Assembly: GCA_024698505.1 (NCBI GenBank)
Contig: JAILRE010000009.1
Span: 870 to 64,869, forward strand
Direction of reading: 5' to 3'
Length of the DNA: 64,000 nt
DNA from: Clostridiales bacterium
GTDB taxonomy: Bacteria > Bacillota > Clostridia > Christensenellales > CAG-138
Of this stretch, positions 42,110-53,200 are shown piece after piece; position 1 is the stretch's first letter, and each line of letters starts with the position of its first letter. Under the pieces are notes generated by a model. It saw nothing but the letters and a program-made list of their open reading frames with translations, made no database searches and was not told where the DNA came from. The position numbers were made by a program, and so were the translations under genes.

Positions 42110-43624
42110 TCATTTCCTCTTCAGGATGTTGAGTATGCCGCGGAATATCGTCCTGCCGAGCTCGCGGCCTATCGAGGTGGCGGTGGAGCCCGCTACCTTG
42201 CCGAGAGCCGAATTCTTCTTGCGGGAGTTCTTCTTTTTCTCGGCCTCCTTCTCCTTCTTCTCGCGCTCCTTCTCGGCCTTGGCGGCGGCCTTGGCTTCCT
42301 CCTCCTTCTTCTTTTCCTCGGCCTTCTCCTCCTCTATGCGGAGCTTGTCGGCGGTTATCTGCTCGTAGGCGGATTCGTTGTCCGCCGCGGTATCGTATCT
42401 GCCGTAAAGATCGGAGGCCTCTATCTCGGCCCTGCGCCTCTCGTCGTCGATCGTGCCCATCATGGACTGCGGCGGGAGTATCGTCACCCTTTCGGCGACG
42501 GTGGGGCGGCCCTTCTCGTCAAGGAAGCTGACGACGGCCTCGCCCGTGCCGAGGGAGGTTATCGCCTCCTCGGTATCGAAGGCGGGATTCTCGCGGAAGG
42601 TCTGCGCGGCGGCGCGTATCGCCTTCTGCTCGGCGGGGGTGTAGGCCCTTAAAGCGTGCTGCACGCGGTTGCCGAGCTGAGCGAGTATCGGATCGGGTAT
42701 GTCGGAGGGCTGCTGCGTTATGAAATAGACGCCCACACCCTTGCTTCGTATCAGCTTCACGACCTGCTCGATGTTCTCCTTCAGGGCCTTGGGCGCGCCG
42801 TTGAAGAGCAGATGCGCCTCGTCGAAGAAGAATACGAGCTTGGGCTTTTCAAGATCGCCCTCCTCGGGCAGCTCCTCGAAGAGCTCGGCCAAAAGCCAGA
42901 GCATGAAGGTCGAGTAGAGCAGGGGGGAGCGGAACAGCTTCGCGCAGTGGAAGACGTTTATATAGCCGCGGCCGTCCTCGTCCCGGCGCATCCAGTCGTG
43001 TATGTCGATGGCGGGCTCGCCGAAGAAGATATCGCCGCCCGCGTCCTCAAGCTGCAGGAGCGCGCGCTGCACGGCCCCCGCCGACTGCCGCGAAACGTTG
43101 CCGTAATCGTTCAGAAGCTCGGAGGCGTGATCGGCGGTGTAGGCCACCATGGCGCGAAGATCCTTCAGATCGGTCAGGAGCCAGCCCTTGTCGTCCGCAA
43201 GGCGGAAGACTATCGCGAGCACGCCCGTCTGCGCCTCGGTAAGGCCGAGGAGCCTCGCAAGGAGCGTCGAGCCCATATCGCTGACGGTCGTCCTGACGGG
43301 ATGCCCGCCCTCGGAGAATACGTCCCAGAAGCAGACGGGGAAGCTTCGCATGGGGAATTCCTCGGGATCGATCCCGATGCTTTCGAGCCGCTTTTCGATG
43401 ACGCTCATATCGCCCGCCTTAACGCAGGCGCCGAGATCGCCCTTGACGTCCGCGAGGAACACGGGCACGCCGAGGGAGGAGAAGCTCTCCGCCATGACCT
43501 TCAGCGTTATCGTCTTGCCGGTGCCCGTCGCGCCCGCGATGAGCCCGTGGCGGTTCGCCATTTGGGGGAGGATAAAGGCCTCTTTTTCGCCTTTTCCGAC
43601 GAGTATCCTGCCGTCCTTGAGCAT
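42110..43624 (-). CDS. HerA-like P-loop NTPase, DUF853/YjgR family
   Basis: RBS AAAGGAG then ATG at 43624. Walker A GATGTGKT, Walker B LVFFFDEAHLLF, K/E-rich region and a basic C-terminal tail. Confidence 0.85.
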   Translation of the reverse strand: MLKDGRILVGKGEKEAFILPQMANRHGLIAGATGTGKTITLKVMAESFSSLGVPVFLADVKGDLGACVKAGDMSVIEKRLESIGIDPEEFPMRSFPVCFWDVFSEGGHPVRTTVSDMGSTLLARLLGLTEAQTGVLAIVFRLADDKGWLLTDLKDLRAMVAYTADHASELLNDYGNVSRQSAGAVQRALLQLEDAGGDIFFGEPAIDIHDWMRRDEDGRGYINVFHCAKLFRSPLLYSTFMLWLLAELFEELPEEGDLEKPKLVFFFDEAHLLFNGAPKALKENIEQVVKLIRSKGVGVYFITQQPSDIPDPILAQLGNRVQHALRAYTPAEQKAIRAAAQTFRENPAFDTEEAITSLGTGEAVVSFLDEKGRPTVAERVTILPPQSMMGTIDDERRRAEIEASDLYGRYDTAADNESAYEQITADKLRIEEEKAEEKKKEEEAKAAAKAEKEREKKEKEAEKKKNSRKKNSALGKVAGSTATSIGRELGRTIFRGILNILKRK

Positions 43625-43682
43625 GGTGAAACTCCTTTGATTTGATGAGTAAACTATAACAGGGGTGAGGGGCGGTGTCAAG

Positions 43683-44159
43683 TCATTCGATGCTTTTCAG
43701 CCCGTCGTACAGATCGTTGAAGGACTTCGTTTTTTCGCATCTGCCGAAGGAGAGCTCGCGGTCCTCCCCGAATTCGAGGAGGAAGCATTTGGCAAGCTCG
43801 GCAACGGTCTGCTCCAGCGCGGTGAAGAACTGCGTGTAGGCGAATTCGCGGGCGGGAGTTCCCTCGCCGAAATTGGAAACGATGAGCGATTCCGTCACCT
43901 GATCGAGAGGATAGAGCTTTATATGCATCAGCTCGTGGACTATGACCTCCTCGAGATTGGCGTTCCTGGGGTTTGCGGAATTGATGAGGAGTATCGCCTT
44001 GCGGTCGTCGCAGTCGATCTTGAAATCGCCCGTCTTGCGCCATTCGGGATCGCGGACGAGCTCCAGCTTAACGTCCCACTGCGGGGAAATGCGGAGTTTG
44101 CGGACGTATTTTTCGAATAATTCGTTGAGCTTTTCTTCGTTCATTTTCTTTCCTTTCAT
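43683..44159 (-). CDS. Small HExxH protein (putative SprT/WLM-like metallopeptidase fold)
   Basis: 158 aa with VIVHELMHIKL. The start ATG overlaps the upstream stop (ATGA). An alternative ATG at 44144 has a good SD. Confidence 0.6.
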   Translation of the reverse strand: MKGKKMNEEKLNELFEKYVRKLRISPQWDVKLELVRDPEWRKTGDFKIDCDDRKAILLINSANPRNANLEEVIVHELMHIKLYPLDQVTESLIVSNFGEGTPAREFAYTQFFTALEQTVAELAKCFLLEFGEDRELSFGRCEKTKSFNDLYDGLKSIE

Positions 44160-44749
44160 TCCCGCGGGTCCTCTCCGGCTTTGGCTCTTGCCATCAGCAG
44201 ACCGCCGTTATTTTTGAGCCACGCCCTCTGCTGTTTACAGCCCGGCAGTATCCTCTCGACCTCCGCCCAGAACGCCTTTGAGTGATCGGGATGGATGATA
44301 TGGCATAGCTCGTGGACTATCACGTAATCGAGCACGGCCTCGGGCGCGAGCATCAGAAGGCAGTTGAAATTGAGGTTCCCCTTAGAAGAGCAGCTGCCCC
44401 ATTTCGTTTTCTGACAGCGGACGGTAACCTTCCCGTAGCTGACCTTCAGCAGGGAGGCGAAATGGCGGAGCTTTTCGGGGAGGGCCTTCTTCATGGAGGA
44501 GGAGAGGGCAGAAATCTCCCGCTCCGAGAGGCAGCCCGCGGCGTCGGCTCTGCTTTTTATTTCCAGAGCCTGCCTCTGCTTCTTTTCTATCCAGCCGGAA
44601 TAGGCCTCGACGAAGCATGCTATCTCGGCCTTGGGGCACCGCAGAGGCGCGCGGACGACGACCCGTCCGTCCTCCGTGACCTGAATGCCGAGCGTTTTCC
44701 GCTTTGAGCGTATTACCGTGAATGGGGGGATGTTCATATTATTCGTCAT
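44156..44749 (-). CDS. YgjP-like (DUF45) metal-dependent hydrolase
   Basis: FTVIRSKRKTLGIQV N-terminus and VIVHELCHIIHPDHSKAFWAEV. An alternative start lies at 44737. Confidence 0.8.
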   Translation of the reverse strand: MTNNMNIPPFTVIRSKRKTLGIQVTEDGRVVVRAPLRCPKAEIACFVEAYSGWIEKKQRQALEIKSRADAAGCLSEREISALSSSMKKALPEKLRHFASLLKVSYGKVTVRCQKTKWGSCSSKGNLNFNCLLMLAPEAVLDYVIVHELCHIIHPDHSKAFWAEVERILPGCKQQRAWLKNNGGLLMARAKAGEDPRE

Positions 44750-44945
44750 GATATGATTATAACACGGAAAGGGCGGTTCGGCAACGGAAAACGGATCGGC
44801 AGCCGCACGCAAATATACATTGGAAACGGGGTGCCGTCCCCTTTACTTTCGGGCGGTTTTATGGTATCATTATCCCAAAGGTATTACCTATAAAAAGAGC
44901 CTCGGACGGGGGATCCGCTCCCGCCCCGACGAAAGGAATATTGCC

Positions 44946-45428
44946 ATGAAAAAAACAGCGTTGATACTCGGAAGCGACAGCGACCTGCCCATCGCGGAGA
45001 AGGCCGCGGCGGTTTTGAAGAAGCTCGGTATGCCCTACGAGGCGCATATCATGAGCGCGCACCGCACCCCCGAGAGGACGGAGGCCTTCGCAAAGGCCGC
45101 CCATGAAAACGGCTTCGGCGCGATAATCGCCTTCGCGGGGAAGGCCGCGCATCTTGCGGGCGTTATTGCGGCGAACACCTGCGTTCCCGTGATAGGCGTG
45201 CCGATCAAGGGCTCGGATCTCGGCGGACTCGACGCGCTCCTTGCCACGGTGCAGATGCCCTCCGGCATACCCGTGGCGACCGTTGCGATAGACGGCGGAG
45301 CCAACGCGGCGTGGCTCGCGGCGAGGATGATAGCCTCCTCCGAACCTGAGCTCTACGAGAAGCTCCTCGATGAAAAGAACAAAATGGCGGAGGCCGTCGC
45401 CGCAAAGGACGCGGCGCTCTCCCTCTGA
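44946..45428 (+). CDS. purE: N5-CAIR mutase / AIR carboxylase catalytic subunit
   Basis: MKKTALILGSDSDLPI, SAHRTPE, and GVPIKGS..GLDALLATVQMPSGIPVATVAIDG. Confidence 0.9.
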   Translation: MKKTALILGSDSDLPIAEKAAAVLKKLGMPYEAHIMSAHRTPERTEAFAKAAHENGFGAIIAFAGKAAHLAGVIAANTCVPVIGVPIKGSDLGGLDALLATVQMPSGIPVATVAIDGGANAAWLAARMIASSEPELYEKLLDEKNKMAEAVAAKDAALSL

Positions 45429-45466
45429 TAAACGCAAATAACGACCGTATAAAGGAGAACCAAAGC

Positions 45467-46495
45467 ATGAAGTCAAGCAGCAAGAGCTACGCCGAAGCGG
45501 GCGTCGACATCACGGCCGGCTACGAGGCCGTAAAGAGGATAAAGGATCACGTCGCCAGGACGAAGATAGCCGGCACGGCTTCGGAGCTGGGCGGTTTCGG
45601 CGGCGCGTTCGAGCTCATGGGCTATAAGGAGCCCGTTCTTATCTCCGGCACGGACGGCGTCGGCACCAAGCTGAAGCTCGCCTTCCGCATGGACAAGCAC
45701 GATACCATCGGCATAGACTGCGTCGCCATGTGCGTGAACGACGTCGTCTGCAGCGGCGCGAAGCCCATATTCTTCCTCGATTACATCGCCACGGGCAAGC
45801 TCATCCCCGAGAGGATAGAGCAGATAGTCAAGGGCGTTGCGGACGGCTGCTGCGAATCCGGCTGCGCTCTGATCGGCGGCGAGACCGCCGAGATGCCCGG
45901 CTTCTACCCCGAGAACGAGTACGACCTCGCGGGGTTCTCCGTGGGCGTAGTCGAGAAATCCGAAATGATGAGCAACGACAACGTCAAAGAGGGCGACGTC
46001 ATAATCGCAATGTCCTCCTCCGGCGTGCATTCCAACGGCTTCTCCCTCGTGAGAAAGATATTCGACGTCGAGGGGGACGAGCTTTTCGAGTACGTTCCCG
46101 AGCTCGGCATGAGGCTGGGCGACGCGCTCCTCGCGCCGACGAAGCTCTACGTAAAGCCCGTTCAGGCGCTCAGGAAGGCCGTCACGGTCCATTCCCTCGC
46201 TCACATCACGGGCGGCGGCTTCTTCGAGAACATCCCCAGGGCCATCCCCGATGGGCTGACCGCGAAGGTCGAAAAGGCGAGGGTGCGCGTGCTGCCGATA
46301 TTCGATATCATCGCAAAGCACGGCAATATCCCCGAGAGGGACATGTTCAACACCTTCAATATGGGCGTCGGCATGGTCGCCACCGTTCCCGCCGATGAAG
46401 CGGAAAGGGCGATAGGGGCCCTGCGCGAGGTCGGCTGCGAGGCCTACGCCGTGGGCGAGGTCATCGCCTCCGACGAAGGTATCATCGTATGCTGA
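45467..46495 (+). CDS. purM: Phosphoribosylformylglycinamidine cyclo-ligase (AIR synthase)
   Basis: 342 aa with SYAEAGVDI, GGFGG and DGVGTKL. Confidence 0.95.
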   Translation: MKSSSKSYAEAGVDITAGYEAVKRIKDHVARTKIAGTASELGGFGGAFELMGYKEPVLISGTDGVGTKLKLAFRMDKHDTIGIDCVAMCVNDVVCSGAKPIFFLDYIATGKLIPERIEQIVKGVADGCCESGCALIGGETAEMPGFYPENEYDLAGFSVGVVEKSEMMSNDNVKEGDVIIAMSSSGVHSNGFSLVRKIFDVEGDELFEYVPELGMRLGDALLAPTKLYVKPVQALRKAVTVHSLAHITGGGFFENIPRAIPDGLTAKVEKARVRVLPIFDIIAKHGNIPERDMFNTFNMGVGMVATVPADEAERAIGALREVGCEAYAVGEVIASDEGIIVC

Positions 46496-47088
46496 GGGCG
46501 AGAGCCGCGGTGCTGGTCTCCGGAGGCGGCACCAATCTGCAGGCGCTGATAGACGCCGAAAAGCGGGGCGAGCTGAAAAGCGCGGAGCTTTCGCTCGTCG
46601 TCTCCAACAGGGCGGACGCTTTTGCCCTGCAAAGGGCCGAAAACGCGGGCATAGAGGGCGTTTTCATTCCGGGCGGCCCCGATTTCGAGGAGAGGCTCCA
46701 AAAGGAGCTCGAGGCGAGAGGCATAGATTTTCTGATACTCGCGGGCTTCCTGAGGATACTCGCCGCCGATTTCATCGACAAATGGCAGGGGCGGATAATA
46801 AACGTCCATCCCTCGCTGATACCCTCCTTCTGCGGCAAGGGGTTTTACGGCCTCAGGGTGCACAGAGCGGCGCTCGAAAGGGGCGTGAAGGTCACGGGGG
46901 CGACGGTGCATATCGTCACCGCCGAGGCGGACGCGGGCCCCATACTTTTGCAGAAGGCCGTTGAGATAGAGGAAGGCGACACGCCCGAGATACTTCAGAG
47001 GCGCGTCATGGAGCAGGCCGAATGGATACTCCTGCCGAGGGCGGCGGAGCTCCTGGCCGAAAAAATACTGAGTGAGGGAACGAAATGA
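46489..47088 (+). CDS. purN: Phosphoribosylglycinamide formyltransferase
   Basis: 199 aa with VLVSGGGTNLQALID and NVHPSLIPSFCG. Overlaps the purM stop. Confidence 0.9.
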   Translation: MLRARAAVLVSGGGTNLQALIDAEKRGELKSAELSLVVSNRADAFALQRAENAGIEGVFIPGGPDFEERLQKELEARGIDFLILAGFLRILAADFIDKWQGRIINVHPSLIPSFCGKGFYGLRVHRAALERGVKVTGATVHIVTAEADAGPILLQKAVEIEEGDTPEILQRRVMEQAEWILLPRAAELLAEKILSEGTK

Positions 47089-47786
47089 ACGATCTTTATT
47101 CTCTTCTTCGCACGCAGACCTATTCGGGCCGCGGCATAATACTCGGCACGACTCCAAAGGGGAAGGCCGCGATCGCCTATTTCATAATGGGCAGATCCGC
47201 CTCCTCGAGGGCGCGCATATTCGAAAGGAAAGCCGACGAGCTCGTTATAAAATACACGGCCGACAGGGCCCCCGAGCACGGCGAGCTCATAATCTACTCC
47301 CCGATAAGGCTCATCGGGGATCGCATCATCGTCACGAACGGCGACCAGACGGACACCGTTTACGAAGGATTGAGGCTCGGCGGAAGCTTCGAGTCCGCCC
47401 TTCAGACGAGGTGCTTCGAGCCCGATCCCCCTCATTTCACGGCAAGGATCTCGGGCCTCGTCACGATCGAAAACGGCGTCCCCTCCTACGAGCTTTCGAT
47501 ACTCAAGGCGGGCGATCCCGAGGGGAAGACCTGCGTCAGGAACTTCTTCCGCTATGAAAAGGCCGAGGGCAGAGGGCGCTACATCCACACCTACATGGGC
47601 GGCACGGACGTTTTGAAGACTTTCGAGGGCGAGCCATACGAGGTCAACGTCCCCGACGATATCGACGAATTCAAAAACGCCGTCTGGAACGGCATAAACG
47701 AGGACAACAAGGTCGCCCTGTACGTCAGGTTCACCGACGTTGATACCCGCGAATACGAGGACAGGCTGATAAACAAATACGAATAA
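47085..47786 (+). CDS. purO: IMP cyclohydrolase, PurO (archaeal) type
   Basis: 233 aa (YSGRGIILGTTPKGKAAIAYFIMGRSASSRARIF). Lies upstream of an AICARFT-only PurH. Confidence 0.75.
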   Translation: MNDLYSLLRTQTYSGRGIILGTTPKGKAAIAYFIMGRSASSRARIFERKADELVIKYTADRAPEHGELIIYSPIRLIGDRIIVTNGDQTDTVYEGLRLGGSFESALQTRCFEPDPPHFTARISGLVTIENGVPSYELSILKAGDPEGKTCVRNFFRYEKAEGRGRYIHTYMGGTDVLKTFEGEPYEVNVPDDIDEFKNAVWNGINEDNKVALYVRFTDVDTREYEDRLINKYE

Positions 47787-47796
47787 GGAGTAAAAC

Positions 47797-48981
47797 ATGC
47801 AGGAGCTTCGCTTAAAATACGGCTGCAACCCCAATCAGATACCCGCTTCCGTCTCCATGAGGGACGGGCGCGAGCTTCCCTTCGAGGTTCTAAACGGCAA
47901 TCCCGGCTACATCAATTTCCTTGACGCGCTCAATTCCTGGCAGCTCGTCAGGGAGCTTTCGGCCGCGCTGGGGCTTCCCGCGGCGGCCTCCTTCAAGCAC
48001 GTCAGCCCCGCGGGCGCGGCGGTCGGCGTGGAGCTTTCGGACGTAATGAAGAAAAAGCTCTTCGTTGAAAACATAGAGGACATCAACGATTCAAAGCTCG
48101 CCTGCGCCTACGCAAGGGCGAGGGGCGCGGACAGGATGTCCAGCTTCGGCGATTTCATCGCGCTCTCCGAAAAATGCGATCTTATTACCGCGAAGGTCAT
48201 AAAGCCCGAGGTCTCCGACGGCGTCATCGCCCCCGATTACGACGAGGAGGCGCTTGAGCTGCTGAGGACGAAGAAGGGCGGCAAGTACTGCATAATCAGG
48301 ATGGATCCCTCCTACGAGGCCCCCGAGTGCGAAACCAAGGAGGTCTTCGGAGTGAGCTTCACCCAGAGGAGGAACGACATAAAGCTCGACGAAAGCGCGC
48401 TTACGAACATCGTGACAATGAACCGCGAGCTTCCCGATACGGCGAAGCGCGATCTCATCGTCGCCATGATAACGCTCAAATACACCCAGTCGAATTCCGT
48501 CTGCTACGCTTACGACGGGCAGGCGATAGGCGTTGGCGCGGGCCAGCAGTCCAGGATACACTGCACCAGGCTCGCCGGCGACAAGGCCGACAACTGGCTC
48601 CTGCGCGAGCATGAAAAGGTGCTCTCTCTCCCCTTCAGGGAGGGGATCGGCCGCCCCGACAGGGACAACTGCATCGACTGCTACATTTCGGATCACAGCG
48701 GCGACGTGCTCTCAGACGGCGAGTGGCAGCGCTTCTTCAGCGAAAAGCCCGAGGAGCTGACCCCCGCGGAAAAGCGCGAGTTTTTGAATACGAGGGCGGG
48801 CATAGCCCTTGCCTCCGACGCGTTCTTCCCCTTCTCGGACAACATAACTCGGGCGGCGCGCTCCGGCGTCCGCTACGTCGTGCAGGCAGGCGGCTCCAAG
48901 AGGGACGGCGACGTCATCGCGGAGTGCGACAGGCTGGGGATCACGATGGTCATGAACGGCATAAGGCTGTTCCATCACTGA
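47797..48981 (+). CDS. purH: AICAR formyltransferase (PurH lacking the MGS-like IMP cyclohydrolase domain)
   Basis: 394 aa with KYGCNPNQ, KHVSPAGAAVG and AGQQSRIHC. Confidence 0.85.
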   Translation: MQELRLKYGCNPNQIPASVSMRDGRELPFEVLNGNPGYINFLDALNSWQLVRELSAALGLPAAASFKHVSPAGAAVGVELSDVMKKKLFVENIEDINDSKLACAYARARGADRMSSFGDFIALSEKCDLITAKVIKPEVSDGVIAPDYDEEALELLRTKKGGKYCIIRMDPSYEAPECETKEVFGVSFTQRRNDIKLDESALTNIVTMNRELPDTAKRDLIVAMITLKYTQSNSVCYAYDGQAIGVGAGQQSRIHCTRLAGDKADNWLLREHEKVLSLPFREGIGRPDRDNCIDCYISDHSGDVLSDGEWQRFFSEKPEELTPAEKREFLNTRAGIALASDAFFPFSDNITRAARSGVRYVVQAGGSKRDGDVIAECDRLGITMVMNGIRLFHH

Positions 48982-48997
48982 TAAGAAAGGCGATTCT

Positions 48998-50275
48998 ATG
49001 AGGATAATGGTGATCGGCGGCGGCGGCCGCGAATACGGGATAGCGAAAAAGCTCTCGGAGGATCCGAGGGTCGATAAGCTCTTCGTACTCCCCGGCGGGG
49101 GCGGCATGGAGGAGTTCGCCGAGTGCGTTCCCATAAAGGCGACCGATCTTGAGGGCGTCTGCGGCTTCGCTTCGGAGAACGAGATCGACTTTGCCGTCGT
49201 CACGCCGGACGATCCGCTCGCGATGGGCATGGCGGACAGGCTGAGGGCCATGGGCGTGCCGTGCTTCGGCCCGAATAAGGCCGCGGCGAGGATCGAATCC
49301 AGCAAGATTTTCGCAAAGGAGCTCATGAAAAAATACGGCGTCCCCACAGCTTCTGCTGTCAGCCTCTATTCCGCGGGCGAGGCGAGGGAGTACGTCAATA
49401 ACGCCGAACTGCCCCTCGTCATAAAGGCGGACGGGCTTGCTCTCGGCAAGGGCGTTTTCATCTGCCGCACGAGGGAAGAGGCGGAGGACGCCATCACCGA
49501 GCTCATGGACAACAGGCTCTTCGGCGCCTCGGGCGAGCGGGTGCTCGTCGAGGAATTCCTTGAGGGCCCGGAGGTGACGGTATTGAGCTTCACCGACGGA
49601 AAGACCGTCGTGCCGATGGTCGCCTCCATGGATCATAAGACGATAGGCGAGGGCGGGACCGGCCCCAACACGGGCGGCATGGGCGTTATCGCCCCGAACC
49701 CCTTCTACACGAAGGAGATCGCCGCCGAGTGCATGGAAAGGATATTCCTCCCCACGGTAAACGCCATGGCCGAGGAGGGCTGCCCCTTCACGGGATGCCT
49801 CTATTTCGGCCTCATGCTGACGAAGAACGGCCCGAAGGTGATAGAGTACAACTCCCGCTTCGGCGATCCCGAGGCGCAGACGGTGCTCCCCCTCATGGAA
49901 ACGCCGCTGCTCGACGCCATGCTTGCCTGCGAGAGCGGCGATCTTGCCGAAACCCCCGTCAGGTTCTCCGATAAGGCCGCCTGCTGCGTGGTGCTCGTCT
50001 CCGGCGGGTACCCCGGCAAATACCAAAAGGGCCTGCCCATCACGTTCGGCGAGCTCGATGAAAAAACGCTCGTCGTCCACGCCGGAACGAAGAGGACGGA
50101 GGATGGTTACGTTACTAACGGCGGCAGGGTGCTGAACGTTATAAGAGTAGAGGATACCCTCGAAGAGGCCGTGAGATCCGCCTACGAAGAGGCGGAAAAG
50201 ATAAGCTTCCCCGGCGTTTACATGCGCAGGGACGTCGGAAAGACCGCGATCGACGCTTTGGCTGAAAGGGATTGA
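48998..50275 (+). CDS. purD: Phosphoribosylamine-glycine ligase
   Basis: 425 aa with MRIMVIGGGGREYGIAKKL, an ATP-grasp core and NSRFGDPE. Confidence 0.95.
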   Translation: MRIMVIGGGGREYGIAKKLSEDPRVDKLFVLPGGGGMEEFAECVPIKATDLEGVCGFASENEIDFAVVTPDDPLAMGMADRLRAMGVPCFGPNKAAARIESSKIFAKELMKKYGVPTASAVSLYSAGEAREYVNNAELPLVIKADGLALGKGVFICRTREEAEDAITELMDNRLFGASGERVLVEEFLEGPEVTVLSFTDGKTVVPMVASMDHKTIGEGGTGPNTGGMGVIAPNPFYTKEIAAECMERIFLPTVNAMAEEGCPFTGCLYFGLMLTKNGPKVIEYNSRFGDPEAQTVLPLMETPLLDAMLACESGDLAETPVRFSDKAACCVVLVSGGYPGKYQKGLPITFGELDEKTLVVHAGTKRTEDGYVTNGGRVLNVIRVEDTLEEAVRSAYEEAEKISFPGVYMRRDVGKTAIDALAERD

Positions 50276-50276
50276 T

Positions 50277-53200
50277 ATGGTTTACAGAGTCTATTCGGAA
50301 AGAAACAGGGAATTCTCGGCGGAGGCCGAGTCGCTCAAGAACGACCTCGTCTCGCTCCACGGCATAAAGGGGCTTGAGAAGGTCAGGATACTGAGAAGGT
50401 ACGACGTCGAGAACGTCACGGAGGAGACCTTCAGGAGCTGTATCAACAGCGTGTTCTCCGATCCCAGGACGGAGACGAGCTTCTTCGAGCTGCCGGGCGG
50501 CGCGGATATCGCCTTCGCGGCGGAGTATCTGCCCGGTCAGTACGATCAGTGCGCCGACGCCGCGGCCCAGTCGATAAGGCTCATAGGCCTCGGAAGCGAC
50601 GGCTCCGCGGAGCCCATAGTCAGGACGGCGCGCGTGTACCTCATCTACGGAAGCGTCTCGGAGGCCGACGCATTGAAGATCAAGGCGAGCCTCATCAACC
50701 CCGTCGATTCGAGAGAGGGCGAGCTTTCAAAGCCCGAGAGCCTCAAGCAGACCTATTTCGAGCCCTCGTCCGTTGAATTCATAAACGGCTTCACGAAGCT
50801 TGACGACGAGGGGCTTGCAAAGCTCATAAAGGACATGGGCCTCGCCATGGACCTTGCGGACGCCGTCTGCTGCCGCGATTATTTCAAAAAGGAGGGCCGC
50901 GATCCCTCCGTTACGGAGATAAAGGTGCTCGACACCTACTGGTCGGATCACTGCCGCCACACCACGTTCAACACGCATATCGACGAAGTCGAGTTCGCGG
51001 ACGAGGCCGTGAAGGAGGCCTTCGGCAGATACATGGAGCTGAGGAAGGCCGTGGGCGATAAGAAGCCCGTCTGCCTCATGGATATAGCCACGATCGGCGG
51101 CAAATACCTCAAGAGGAAGGGCTTCCTCACGAGGCTCGACGAATCCAAGGAGATAAACGCCTGCACCGTCAAGGTGGAGGTGGATCATAACGGAAAGGAA
51201 GAGCCGTGGCTCCTCCTCTTCAAGAACGAAACGCACAATCATCCCACCGAGATAGAGCCCTTCGGCGGAGCCGCGACCTGCGTCGGCGGCGCGATAAGGG
51301 ATCCGCTCTCCGGCAGGGGCTACGTATATCAGTCCATGCGCGTGACCGGCGCCGCCGATCCCACCGCGCCCGTTGAAAAGACCATCCCCGGCAAGCTCCC
51401 GCAGAGGAAGATAGTCAGGGAGGCCGCCGCGGGATTCTCCTCCTACGGCAACCAGATAGGCCTTGCGACGGGCCTCGTTCACGAGATCTATCACGAGGGC
51501 TACGCCGCTAAAAGGATGGAGGTCGGCGCGGTCATCGCCGCCGCTCCTCAGGCGAACGTAAGGCGCGAGGAACCCGAAGCGGGCGACGCCGTGATACTCA
51601 TGGGCGGCAAAACTGGGCGCGACGGCTGCGGAGGCGCGACCGGCGCTTCCAAGGCGCACACCGTCTCCTCGCTCGAGCTCTGCGGAGCCGAGGTGCAGAA
51701 GGGCAACGCCCCCGAGGAGAGGAAGCTCCAGAGGCTGTTCAGGAACCCCGAGGCCTCAAAGCTCATCAAGCGCTGCAACGATTTCGGCGCGGGCGGCGTT
51801 TCCGTCGCCATAGGCGAGCTTGCGGACGGCCTGACGATCGATCTTGACAAGGTCCCGAAGAAGTACATGGGCCTCGATTCCACCGAGCTCGCGATCTCCG
51901 AATCGCAGGAGCGCATGGCCGTCGTCGTCGGGGATAAGGACGCCGAAAAATTCATAGCTCTCTGCGCGGCGGAGGGCATAGCGGCGGTAAGGGTAGCCTC
52001 CGTTACGGACGACGAAAGGCTCACCATGTTCTTCAAGGGGCAAAAGGCCGTCGATCTTTCAAGGGAATTCATCGACTCCAACGGCGCGGCGAAGCACACC
52101 GCGATAAAGGTCGAAAAACAGAACGAATATAAGGAAAAACTGCCAGAAGGCAGCTTCGGGGAGAAGCTCAAAAAGGTCGCCTCCGATCTCAACGTCTGCT
52201 CCCAGCGCGGCCTTGCGGAGACCTTCGATTCCACCGTCGGCGCGAACACGGTGATAATGCCCTTCGGCGGCAAATACCAGCTCACGCCCACTCAGGCGAT
52301 GGCGGCGAAGTTCCCCGTGGCGGACGGCAATACCAATACCTGCTCCGTGATGAGCTACGGCTTCGATCCCTACGTTTCCGAGGCCTCGCCCTATTACGGA
52401 TCGTACCTCGCCGTGCTCTCCTCCTACGGCAGGCTCGCCGCGGCGGGCGCGGACCTTTCCGAGTGCTGGATGAGCTTCCAGGAATATTTCGAGAGGATGC
52501 GGAGCGAGACCTCCTGGGGCAAGCCGCTTGCGGCGCTGCTCGGCGCGCTCGACGCCCAGATAGATCTTCGCACCGCGGCGATAGGCGGCAAGGATTCCAT
52601 GAGCGGCAGCTTCGAGGATATCCACGTCCCGCCCACGCTCATCTCCTTCGCGGCGGCAAAGGGAAACGTTAAGAACGTCATCTCCCCCGAATTCAAGCAC
52701 GCCGACAACAGGGTGATAAGGCTCACCGCGCTTCCCGACGGCAAGACGGGCCGCATAGGCGTCAATTACCGCGAGCTTGCGAAGGCCGTCGGCAAATGCA
52801 TAGCCGAGGGCACGATAGTTTCCGCTTACGTTCCCGGCAGGATGGGCGCGGCGGAGGCCCTCGTCAAGATGGCGCTCGGCAACGGCATCGGAGTCGAGCT
52901 CTATACCGACGATATCTTCCGCATGGAGGCGGGCTCGTTCATAGTCGAATGCACGGGCGAGGCCGATATCCCCGAGGGAGTCGCCAACTGCGAGATACTG
53001 GGCATGACCATCGGCAGGCCCGAATTCGTGTTCGCGGGCGAGGCCGCTGCCATAAGCGAGATCGACAAGGCTTACGATAAAACGCTCGAGGGCATATTCC
53101 CGTCCTCGGTACCGGGCGGCGAAATGCTGACGCTCGAATGCGCGGACAGGCCCTACGTAAAGCCCTTCGGCGTAAAGACGGCGCATCCCACGGCGGTGAT

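Noticed and set aside
44813-44945. ZTP (pfl) or purine riboswitch upstream of purE
   Set aside because: I looked for the conserved GGGTCGTGAC..CCGCCTGGGC (ZTP) and purine-aptamer cores and found neither. Only generic GC-rich hairpins are present. A covariance-model scan would be needed to be sure.
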